Source of the DNA: Hyphomicrobiaceae bacterium
GTDB taxonomy: Bacteria; Pseudomonadota; Alphaproteobacteria; Rhizobiales; Hyphomicrobiaceae
Assembly: GCA_020638035.1 (NCBI GenBank)
Contig: JACKJI010000009.1
Coordinates: forward strand, 15,081-79,080
Direction of reading: 5' to 3'
DNA: 64,000 nt
Shown one piece after another: positions 39,211 to 47,283 of this stretch. The position numbers and the translations under genes were made by a program. Numbering within the stretch: the first letter of the stretch is position 1; every line of letters begins with the position of its first letter. The notes beneath the pieces are model-generated. The model searched no databases, had not been told where the DNA came from, and saw nothing but the letters and a program-made list of their open reading frames with translations.

Positions 39211-40059
39211 TTACCGACCGCTATTGAGGTGGGATTCCAGTTCCACCTTCAGACCGGGACGCAGCAGATGATCGGGATTGGGAAATTCAGCCCAAACCTC
39301 CAACTTCTGTGTGTTGACGCCAAACTGAAAGCCACCGGAGATGAGGCGGCCCTTGTGTGGATATTCGCTGCCATCAGGAAGCTTGAGCGTTAGCTCTATA
39401 TTCTTGAGAGTCTGCTCATCTGACTTCGTCACCTGCCGACGACCAACATAGACGTCGAATGGAGCCTCAACTGCGACCCGCATCGGATCAAGTTGGACGA
39501 TGCGGGCGAGCTTGCTGTCCTTTTCGCGCTTCAGGAACGTCCCCTCCGGCATCAACGGCGCGCTCATTATGCCGTCAAACGGTGCATAGAGTTTGAGCTC
39601 CAGTATGGTGAGTTCAGCTACTCGGACAACCGTCTCTGCTTCCCCAACGTCAGCTGCAGCGATGTCTCTCTCCGCTTTTGCCTGTAGCAGCTGAAGTTCG
39701 GAGGCGGCGTCCTTCTTGCGCAACGTCTGCTTGCCGGAAAGCACAGCTTCGGCCAGCTGCAACTTGGCCTTGGCACGCTCCAGACGCGCTCTTTCGATCT
39801 TTAGCTGCAGTTCCTTTTCCGTCGGCATGAACTCGAAGAGCAGATCCTTCTTCTTCACGAACTGCCCCGGCTTAAAGTGAACCGATTGCAGCAGTCCATC
39901 AACGCGAGGTGCGATGTCTGCCTCTCTCGCAGGAACGAGCACGCCAGAATAGCGAGCTGAATTCGCGTTTGAGTCGCCCGCTGTCTGGGCCGATGTCGAG
40001 CCGTGTATCAGGAACAAGCTGCATGCGGCCCAAACGATGCACGCATAAGTCGACCTCAT
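39211..40059 (-). CDS. HlyD/RND-adaptor (membrane fusion protein) family protein, no cognate pump nearby
   Basis: Signal peptide from ATG 40059. Barrel-sandwich VPAREADIAPRVDGLLQSVHFKPGQFVKKKDLLFEF, a coiled-coil hairpin, then LYAPFDGIMS. Confidence 0.7.
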   Translation of the reverse strand: MRSTYACIVWAACSLFLIHGSTSAQTAGDSNANSARYSGVLVPAREADIAPRVDGLLQSVHFKPGQFVKKKDLLFEFMPTEKELQLKIERARLERAKAKLQLAEAVLSGKQTLRKKDAASELQLLQAKAERDIAAADVGEAETVVRVAELTILELKLYAPFDGIMSAPLMPEGTFLKREKDSKLARIVQLDPMRVAVEAPFDVYVGRRQVTKSDEQTLKNIELTLKLPDGSEYPHKGRLISGGFQFGVNTQKLEVWAEFPNPDHLLRPGLKVELESHLNSGR

Positions 40060-40111
40060 GGCAAGGATCCTAACACGGGATGGATACGTGGTTTGGATGG
40101 CATGACTCTCA

Positions 40112-41434
40112 TCAGGTCCAAACCTTTTCAAATACCCTATAGAGGTTGCCGCCCAGGAACTTGCTGCAATCCGCTTCCGAATAACCCTTCTCAAGCAGCT
40201 TATCGACAAGCGCGGCGATAATCTGGTCTGGCGCGGGCGTCGGCACGCCCTTGGCTGACATTGCGCGCATGATGCCGCCATCCGGAAACAGCAGTTCGCC
40301 AAGCGGCCCCTGACCACCAATGGCTGTCTGGGTGACGTCTGGTATCCAGTCTGAACCGTAGCCGACATGATCAATTCCTATCAGACTGACGATATGATCG
40401 ATATGCCGGAACAAGACATCGGTGGTCACGATGTCGGGGTTTGATGCGTCCACGAAGGCGCCCACGGTGTTGATCGAACAGACACCGCCGCTCGCGCCGA
40501 TCGCCTTGATCAGCTCGTCCGAATGGCTGCGCGGATAATCTCGGATCGCTTTGGCGACCGAATGCGATGAGATTACTGGTTTGGTGCTGCGCTCTATAGC
40601 ATCCAAGGCCGAGCGCTCTGCGGTATGGCTGACGTCGACAACCATACCGTAGTGGTCGTAAGCGTCGATCAGCAGTTTGCCGAGGCCTGTGAGACGCCCA
40701 TTGTCCGGTTCGAAACATCCGTCCGCAACGGTATTGCGAGTGTTGTAGGCCAACAGGCAATAGCCGTAGCCGAGTTGCCGCCACAGTCCAACCTTGCCAG
40801 GATCGCCGCCGAATATCGCCGTGCCCTGGTGGGTGAAGAACATGCCGAGCTTGTTCTCGGCGGTCGCGGCATCGATGTCCTTCGTGGTTCGTACGATTTT
40901 ATACTTATCTGGGCGCTCGCTGATTTTCTTCAGGTAGAACTGCAGCGACTTCGCGATACCACCGAGGCTGGTGTCGAGCGCGTCTGCCGACGGACATGCT
41001 GCAATCGCCTTGAAGCCGGCTGCCTTCAGCCTGTCCATGGTTTCGTGGAATTCCGGTGCTTCCGGCGACGACCACTGCGTTGGCCACACACCAGAAAACA
41101 GCGAATCTATGGTTATCGACTTTTTGACGATCTGCTTGGCACGGTCCGACGAGGGGTATTTATGCAGACGTTGCGGAATCTTCGAGTAATCAGGGCCGCG
41201 GTCGCAGATGCCTTCGGGGTTCGCGATATTCGGCAGCAGATCGCCCGCTCGCGCCTTTTCGGGTGCCAAGTTCATCGCCGCCGCCGTGCCAACCATCGAG
41301 CCGGCCGCTGCTGAGAAAAAAGTCCGGCGGTTGACACTTGATGCCGCCTCGACTTGAGAGCTCTCGCCTTCTGTTACGGTTGACTTGTCGATCTCGATCG
41401 AAATAGATTCTGCATTGATGTCGCGGTTGCTCAT
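40112..41434 (-). CDS. Peptidase M19 (renal-type membrane dipeptidase) family, Tat-exported
   Basis: AAGGAG lies 6 nt before ATG 41434. Twin-arginine signal NRRTFFSAAAG. M19 motifs DVSHTAE, PVISSHS, RSHSDE and GGVCSIN. Confidence 0.8.
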   Translation of the reverse strand: MSNRDINAESISIEIDKSTVTEGESSQVEAASSVNRRTFFSAAAGSMVGTAAAMNLAPEKARAGDLLPNIANPEGICDRGPDYSKIPQRLHKYPSSDRAKQIVKKSITIDSLFSGVWPTQWSSPEAPEFHETMDRLKAAGFKAIAACPSADALDTSLGGIAKSLQFYLKKISERPDKYKIVRTTKDIDAATAENKLGMFFTHQGTAIFGGDPGKVGLWRQLGYGYCLLAYNTRNTVADGCFEPDNGRLTGLGKLLIDAYDHYGMVVDVSHTAERSALDAIERSTKPVISSHSVAKAIRDYPRSHSDELIKAIGASGGVCSINTVGAFVDASNPDIVTTDVLFRHIDHIVSLIGIDHVGYGSDWIPDVTQTAIGGQGPLGELLFPDGGIMRAMSAKGVPTPAPDQIIAALVDKLLEKGYSEADCSKFLGGNLYRVFEKVWT

Positions 41435-41495
41435 TCCATACTCCTTGACGGTCAACTAAGACGTGCTGCTTCCGGCACCCACTTTGTTGCGAATT

Positions 41496-42365
41496 CTAGC
41501 GATTCAGAAGTTTGGCAAACGGGTTCTCCACGACAGGCGTCACCGTGTAGCGGAACATGAACTGGGGCCCGAAGGCGTCGGGCTGTTCGATGTAGTAGTC
41601 GAATGTCAGCGAATGCTTGACCGGTTGCCCGTCGCCGGCAGCCGTCTGACTGAGAGTGAGGTTGAGTGGGATGGTCCAATTCTGGTTGACCCAGTCGTAG
41701 GAAAATTTCGGAATTGAGCCGATCGTTACACCGCCCCCGAGAAAGTAGATGCCCCCGAACTGCAGAGCGGTGACAGAATAGTCCCTGTCGCCCCAGCCCG
41801 CGACGTCCCATTGATGGGACGGGAATAGAATGACGATACCCTGAGATGATGCCTGACCGAGCAGCAGTTCTGGACCCAACCTGAATTGCTTGCCCGCGAA
41901 GTCACTGTTTGTCGCGGTTGGCACCGTAACCAGTGAGCCGACCGCCCAAATGAACCCGGATTTTTCCGTTCGCCCGATGGCAAGATCGAAACCGATGTCG
42001 CCAACTCCAAAAGTGGCGTCTCGAAAGTCGTCCCTTTGGAAATCATAGATTGGCTGGTTGAAAAGGAGAGGGACGGCGGGCCGCCAGAAAACAGTAGTGC
42101 CTTGCGCATCGATTGGGAATGGCAGAATCGGCTGGAACAATAGCGAATATGAGAATTGATCATTTGCTCCGGGCAGGTTGCCTTTGTACCAGGTAAAGCC
42201 GTTCTCGAAATTGAGAGACGCCAGAGGCGTGTTTGGATTCGACAGCGACTTTGCGACTTCGTCGGCGCTGGCCTGGCCAGAGGTTTGTGCCAACGCGGGC
42301 CGCGACGAGAAATTCGTCGCAAGAACTACCATTGATAAAAATGCATAGCCCAGACAATGCTTCAT
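41496..42365 (-). CDS. Outer-membrane beta-barrel (MetA-pathway/transporter-like) protein
   Basis: Signal peptide ...RPALA-QT, then SNPNTPLASLNFENGFTWYKG and repeated beta-strand pattern. Confidence 0.5.
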   Translation of the reverse strand: MKHCLGYAFLSMVVLATNFSSRPALAQTSGQASADEVAKSLSNPNTPLASLNFENGFTWYKGNLPGANDQFSYSLLFQPILPFPIDAQGTTVFWRPAVPLLFNQPIYDFQRDDFRDATFGVGDIGFDLAIGRTEKSGFIWAVGSLVTVPTATNSDFAGKQFRLGPELLLGQASSQGIVILFPSHQWDVAGWGDRDYSVTALQFGGIYFLGGGVTIGSIPKFSYDWVNQNWTIPLNLTLSQTAAGDGQPVKHSLTFDYYIEQPDAFGPQFMFRYTVTPVVENPFAKLLNR

Positions 42366-42397
42366 CTTTTCCCCCAAACGAACTCACGCGGCCAGCC

Positions 42398-42926
42398 TCA
42401 ATTTCGTTTGAGCTTTAGGCCAGTGATGCCGGCTACGATGGAGAGGCCGGTCAGTCCCTGCGCGCTCAGCGGCTGCAGCACGACAGAGTTCTTCGAACCT
42501 CCTAAAATAGCATTCGCGCCCGCACCAAGTCCGATCGCCGCACTAGCGGAGACGCCTGCATAGTTCCCCTGCAGCGCCCCTTCGGGCAAATCGACCTTGA
42601 TGCAAGGATGCCCCAGATTACTGTTGTTGGTCTTTTGATGCCGATGTCGAGACCGATCTTCGTAACTGTGGCGGTGTAGTGGCGTACGGCACCCTTGCCA
42701 GCAGGCTTGTAAGCGCCATTCAGCCTCGTCTTAGAGCCAATAATCAAACCGACCCCGCCCTTGCTTTTGCACGTTTGCGTGCCGGCATTGATGTTGGTGG
42801 TTGGCTTATTGTCAGCCGTATTTGCTAGTGGGGTGGTAGTTGCGAGGCGGTAACGGCGAAGCAGGCAACCGCCGCCAAGGCGGCCAATCGGCCATGCGGC
42901 GCCAGTGGAAATAGACGATATGGCAT
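42398..42926 (-). pseudogene. DUF992 paralog, inactivated by at least two frameshifts
   Basis: The signal-peptide frame from ATG 42926 stops at a TAG. The mature part (TQTCKSKGGVGLIIGSK...YTATVTKIGLDIGIK) and the C-terminal part (GANAILGGSKNSVVLQPLSAQGLTGLSIVAGITGLKLK) lie in two further frames. Confidence 0.7.
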
Positions 42927-43105
42927 AGTCAACTTCCCTTGGTTCAATACGTTTCGACTTGGTTGATGTCGCTCCGATCGCAGTGATTACCCGTCGACAA
43001 ACAGGAAAACTCCAACATCCATGATCAACGATAGACGCAGCCTAGACAGAGACCTCATTCGGAACGCAGGAGGCGCCGGGGTTTGTTCCCCGGCGCACAC
43101 TGAGA

Positions 43106-43486
43106 TCAGAACAGGCAATTGAGGTCGTGTTCGGCGCACGCAGGCAAATCGCCCCGATTGCAACGGTAGGCAAGCCGACCGCAATAGTTTCTGTGGCCGG
43201 CCGCGGCTGCGGTGCCAATGACAACTCCGGCTGCAATCCCAGCAGCCAGAGCTCCTTTGTGATGATGCCGATGACGATGCGGACGATGCGGACGATGCGG
43301 TCGATGTGGTCGGTGACCAGCGCCAGGCCGTCCGGGTTTTTTGACCAGGACGAGACCGCTGTTGCCAATCTGCGATTTCCCAAGCACTGAAGTCAGCCCT
43401 GTCGCATTTATGGCACCAGCATTGGATGCCGGTCCTGAAATCGACATGGCACATGCTGCGATGATGGCAACAAGAATCTTCTTCAT
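43106..43486 (-). CDS. Small secreted His-rich protein with (HRP)4-HRHRHHH tract
   Basis: Signal peptide MKKILVAIIAACAMSISGPASNA. A central tract GHRPHRPHRPHRPHRHRHHH is encoded by 9-bp tandem repeats at 43261-43317. A hydrophobic Gly/Ala segment and a 4-Cys C-terminus follow. Confidence 0.6.
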   Translation of the reverse strand: MKKILVAIIAACAMSISGPASNAGAINATGLTSVLGKSQIGNSGLVLVKKPGRPGAGHRPHRPHRPHRPHRHRHHHKGALAAGIAAGVVIGTAAAAGHRNYCGRLAYRCNRGDLPACAEHDLNCLF

Positions 43487-43563
43487 CTGTTTTCTCTTCT
43501 TTCCATTTCTTGAGATGCGGATGCGCAACGTGAATTCGAAGCAAACGAGCGTCTTTTCGTTGG

Positions 43564-44631
43564 CTATTTGTCAGTCCGCAGCAGCTCGACGCGTCGATTA
43601 AGCGCGCGACCTTGCAAAGTCGCGTTGTCATCCTTCGGCTTGGTCGCTCCGAAGCCGCTGGTTGTCAGCCGATCGGCCTTGATGCCTTCCTTAACGATCG
43701 CCTTGGCAACCGAGTCCGCGCGCTGAGCGGAGAGTTTGAGATTGTAGTCAGGCGTGCCAATCGAATCGGTGTGGCCATTGATCTGAAGGGTCCAATTTGG
43801 ATTGTTCTTCAGTGTCAGCGCGATGTCCTTTATGAGCGCCTTGGCGCTCGGCCGCAGCGTTGCTTTGTCGAAGTCAAAATGGATGCCGTAGACGTCATAC
43901 TTGCGCACCGTTGCAAGCGACTGCTCCATTGCCGACTTCATCGACGCGCCCGCTGTCACCCTGACGATCCGCTCGACGCGCGGTTCCTGTTCCCAGCTGA
44001 ACTGGATCGTGCTCTGGATCAGCAGGGGGTTTTCCTTGACATCTGCGAAGAAGAACTCACCTGTCCCAGACTTCGTGCCGCTGCCGAACGTGCCGGTAGC
44101 CTGGATGACGCTGACATCCTGGATCTGATTTTCGATAATCAGGGGAATCTTGATCCCCTTCTGCTTCACTGTCAGCTTTCCATCAAGCGCCGACATTTTC
44201 TCGTCATAGACGATACGAAGCTGCGTGTGCCCCGTATTCCTCAATTCCAGCAGAGCCGTGCTGGATATGCCCAGCGACGTCGCACGCGGGATTGCCTGAG
44301 GCATCTTTGCCGAGTAACCCAGCACGTAGGTCTTGGCGAACTCGCGATCCGCGACGGAAATTTCCCGCTTTACGAAGAGACCTCGTGTGCTGGAGTAATC
44401 GATCCTGATCGTATTATCGTTGACATTAGTGAAGGTCACACGCGCTTCAGCATCCGGTCCGTACCGGTTGGCGAAGGCGTAGTCGAGTTGCGCTCCCACA
44501 TGCGGCGCTAGAGGTCCAGCATATTTCTGAGCGTTGCCCGGGCTCCCGACACTGATCACAGTCAATGCCAAGACAGACATCACAGTTGTGCGCGCTCTTA
44601 GCGCGTACGCATCCCTTTTCATTCGGTTCAT
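43564..44631 (-). CDS. OmpA-family (peptidoglycan-binding C-terminal domain) protein
   Basis: C-terminal FDFDKATLRP....L..IA..L..NP.....I.GHTDS.G...YNL.LS..RA..V......G......T.G.G...P......QGRALNRRVEL. Confidence 0.85.
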   Translation of the reverse strand: MNRMKRDAYALRARTTVMSVLALTVISVGSPGNAQKYAGPLAPHVGAQLDYAFANRYGPDAEARVTFTNVNDNTIRIDYSSTRGLFVKREISVADREFAKTYVLGYSAKMPQAIPRATSLGISSTALLELRNTGHTQLRIVYDEKMSALDGKLTVKQKGIKIPLIIENQIQDVSVIQATGTFGSGTKSGTGEFFFADVKENPLLIQSTIQFSWEQEPRVERIVRVTAGASMKSAMEQSLATVRKYDVYGIHFDFDKATLRPSAKALIKDIALTLKNNPNWTLQINGHTDSIGTPDYNLKLSAQRADSVAKAIVKEGIKADRLTTSGFGATKPKDDNATLQGRALNRRVELLRTDK

Positions 44632-44721
44632 CCCCCCATTGGAATTTGCAATCTGTGTCCCCTATTTCCCTAACTTCCACCTCCCATCGGCGTTGCGCCG
44701 CAGTCTCTGCATGGCTCAGAC

Positions 44722-44807
44722 TCACGTTTGTCGCGCTTGAGCAACCGGATCTAACGAGTTGCGTGACGCCCGGCGCCTGTGGGATGCCGGTGGTTCGCCA
44801 ATCCAAC
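44722..44807 (-). pseudogene. Detached 3' end (last 27 codons) of the IS-split AraC-family gene
   Basis: Removing the IS and one copy of the CAAC duplication joins ...FTRSYSR to WIGEPPASHRRRASRN...stop (TGA at 44722-44724). This restores the canonical AraC C-terminal F.R.F.R..G..P..(Y/H)R motif. Confidence 0.7.
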
Positions 44808-44835
44808 TGACCTGCCCAATTTCTTCGGACCACGT

Positions 44836-45789
44836 TTAGCTTGAGAGATCAGCCCTCGTTGCTTTTGCTGTTTGCCTCTTGCGAGGCGGTTGCGCGACGG
44901 GGCGGAGCGCGGAGGCCCCACATACCGCAGCGATCCGGCCCGTCGCCGGCACGGGCGCTGCGTCTTGCTCCTTCAGTCTTGCCACGAACGCGGCCGGCGT
45001 CATGTAGCCTATGCTCGAATGCGGCCGCACCTCGTTGAAGTGGCGCCGCCACGTCTCGATCACGACCTTTGCTTCGGCCCGCGAGCGGAACCATTCCAGC
45101 GACAGGCACTCGTCGCGGAACTTGCCGTTGAAGCTCTCGGTCGCGCCATTCTGCCAGGGCTTGCCCGGATCGATCAACGCGCACCCGATGCCCTGACCGA
45201 CGATCCACTTCAGCAGCGCCCGCGACACGAACTCGGGCCCGTTGTCGGACCTCAGATACAGCGGCGCGCCGCGCTCCGAGACGAGCCGCGACAGCACCTC
45301 GATCACGCGGCCCGAGCGGATGCGGCCATCGACCTCGATCGCCAGACCCTCTTTCGTCCACTCGTCGGTGACGGTGAGGCACTTCAGCTGCTGACCGTTG
45401 GCGCACCAGTCGAACACGAAGTCGTAGCTCCACACCTGGTTCGCACCGGTCGGCGCGTTCGGGCGCGGACGGCCCGTCGCGATGCGCTTTCTCGGCCGCT
45501 TGCGCGGCACTTGAAGCTTCGCCAGTCGCCACAGGCGATGGCAGCGGCCGAAGCTCATCACATGCCCTTCCCGTTCGAGGAAGATCGCGATCCGACGATA
45601 GCCGTAGCGCGGATACTGCGCGGCGAGCGCCGCCATCCGCGCCAGCACCGGCGCATCCGTCTCCGCCTTCGTCGATCGATACCGCAACGCCGACCGCCCC
45701 ACTCCGATCAGCGTGCAAGCCCGCCGCTGCGACAGGCCATGCCCTGTCGCGTACGCCACCTGCGAACGGCGAGCCGGCACGCTCACCAT
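44836..45789 (-). CDS. IS3-family transposase OrfB (copy 2)
   Basis: The translation is identical to the copy 1 OrfB frame. The A7 slippery site lies at 45789-45795. Confidence 0.9.
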   Translation of the reverse strand: MVSVPARRSQVAYATGHGLSQRRACTLIGVGRSALRYRSTKAETDAPVLARMAALAAQYPRYGYRRIAIFLEREGHVMSFGRCHRLWRLAKLQVPRKRPRKRIATGRPRPNAPTGANQVWSYDFVFDWCANGQQLKCLTVTDEWTKEGLAIEVDGRIRSGRVIEVLSRLVSERGAPLYLRSDNGPEFVSRALLKWIVGQGIGCALIDPGKPWQNGATESFNGKFRDECLSLEWFRSRAEAKVVIETWRRHFNEVRPHSSIGYMTPAAFVARLKEQDAAPVPATGRIAAVCGASALRPVAQPPRKRQTAKATRADLSS

Positions 45790-46046
45790 TTTTTTGCGGC
45801 GATCTCCTTCATCACCTCGATCTCGAGATCGCGCTCGGCGACGAGCTTCTTCAGCCGCGCATTCTCCGCTTCGAGCTGCTTCAGACGGCGCACGTCGTCT
45901 GACTGCAGCGCCCCGAAGCGCTTGCGCCACGTGTAGATCGTCTGCTCGCTGATGCCGTGCCTCTTCGCAACCTCGCCGACAGTCCCGCGATCCGCCTCGC
46001 GAAGGATCGCCACCATCTGCTCGTCCCGGAACCTGCTCTTGCGCAT
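45783..46046 (-). CDS. IS3-family transposase OrfA (copy 2)
   Basis: The 87-aa translation is identical to 28970..29233. Confidence 0.9.
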   Translation of the reverse strand: MRKSRFRDEQMVAILREADRGTVGEVAKRHGISEQTIYTWRKRFGALQSDDVRRLKQLEAENARLKKLVAERDLEIEVMKEIAAKKW

Positions 46047-46112
46047 GCCGTCCTCCGATTCGGAGGCCAGTCTCTCAAGTTATCGATGGTCCGAAAACCC
46101 TGGGGCAGGTCA

Positions 46113-47095
46113 CAACGGCTGTAGCTTCGAGTAAACGAAGTCTCATTGGAGAATCCGACCTGTCTTGCCACGTCCTTCAGAGGTGTTTTCGAATGAGTGA
46201 CAAGCGCGGTAGCAACCTCGCGCCTCACGTCGTCCTGGAGGGCGCGGAACGAGGTCCCATGAGCAGCAAGTATTCGCTGGATGCTGCGGCGACTGGTTTT
46301 GCAGGCGTCGGCCAGCTTCGTGAGGTCGAATTCCTTGTCAGCGATGTTCAGCCGGATCGTTGCTCGCACGAATGCGAGCGTCATTTCATCGGATCGGGGC
46401 TGGTCAGGTCGATCACCTTTGTCGTTGTTTGCCGACCAGTTCAAAGAAAACGCCGCCGTCAGCCAGCGAGGAGGAAATGTGATCGACAGTGCAGTCTTAG
46501 GTGAGCGAACCAATGCTTGCGCGGGAAGGAGATCGGGGGGCACGCCCTCGATGGAAGGCGCCGAAACGATAAATTGGCGGGCATCGAAGACGCTCCCAAG
46601 CCCGGACCGGAACACAGTTGCGTAGAAGGCAACGCCGACTGCATCAGCCTGGGGTGTTGGCCTGTCTATTGTGCGGGTACGTTTGATAGAGAAGACTGCC
46701 GCCCGCTGGGTGACATTCAGGGAATAGTCGACATTGTCGAACTGTCGTCCGGTTTCAACGATCGCGCTCACCAAGAAATCTCCAAGAGTCTTGGAGGCGG
46801 CGGACTCCAACAAGGTCGGCACTCCCTTGAGGGCGATATCACGCGCAATACCCCCGCAAAAATAGGCGTCGCCCAATGTAGTGGCCATATCCTCGAAGAC
46901 CGCATAGAGAGTAGCTGCTTCGACGAGGTGGTTTGGCTCGCTCAGCACCTCAATCGGTATCCGATTTCGGTGCAAGAGCGCGTGAATATTTCCACCGCGA
47001 GCAACGAAAGGCTTCGCTAACAGCTGCAAGAGTATCGCGCGGGAAAATTTTGGTTCGACCTTTGCTTTCATGTGTTCCAAATACACTCGATACAT
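46113..47095 (-). pseudogene. AraC-family transcriptional regulator, 3' end disrupted by IS copy 2
   Basis: C-terminal HTH region (LADACKTSRRSIQRILAAHGTSFRALQDDVRREVA...LKDVARQVGFSNETSFTRSYSR) runs directly into the IS terminus. Confidence 0.75.
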
Positions 47096-47283
47096 TCATT
47101 GCGTGCGTAAAACCTGCCGGAGCAGCGGGAAAACCTTGCTTGGTGCGCCTGGATTCTGATGCGGCTGGCGCAAAAAGCAAAGGATGTTCGCTTCACCGTT
47201 CTCAATTGCCGCTAAGCTTACCAAGCAAAACTGTCTGCCAGCACAATCCGAGCGGCAGCCACAGCTCCAGGGGGGGGAATCGC

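Larger units (their letters stand above)
44808..46112 (-). mobile_element. IS3-family (IS407-group-like) insertion sequence, copy 2, 1305 bp, inverted relative to copy 1
   Basis: Same termini as copy 1. All overlapping ORF translations are identical to copy 1. It is flanked by a perfect 4-bp direct repeat CAAC (44804-44807 and 46113-46116). Confidence 0.9.

Noticed and set aside
40060-40374. 105-codon upstream extension of the HlyD-type ORF overlapping the dipeptidase gene
   Set aside because: The extension runs through the 3' end of the well-supported dipeptidase gene in another frame. A signal peptide starts at ATG 40059.
43261-43317. Short tandem repeats (9 bp here, and the 21-nt periodicity at 51718-52452) as possible CRISPR arrays
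   Set aside because: The units are contiguous with no spacers, are far shorter than CRISPR repeats, lie inside coding frames, and no cas genes are present.
28904-46112. The two IS copies plus intervening DNA as a composite transposon that moved as one unit
   Set aside because: Copy 2 carries its own perfect 4-bp target duplication (CAAC on both of its sides), which shows it inserted alone. The outer flanks of the pair (CTGG at 28900-28903 and CAAC at 46113-46116) do not match. The structure may still recombine, so it is kept as a finding about architecture only.
46933-47283. N-terminal extension of the first amidohydrolase ORF into the AraC gene
   Set aside because: The extension overlaps the AraC coding region on the opposite strand and is low-complexity. 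A Sec-type signal peptide follows ATG 47284.
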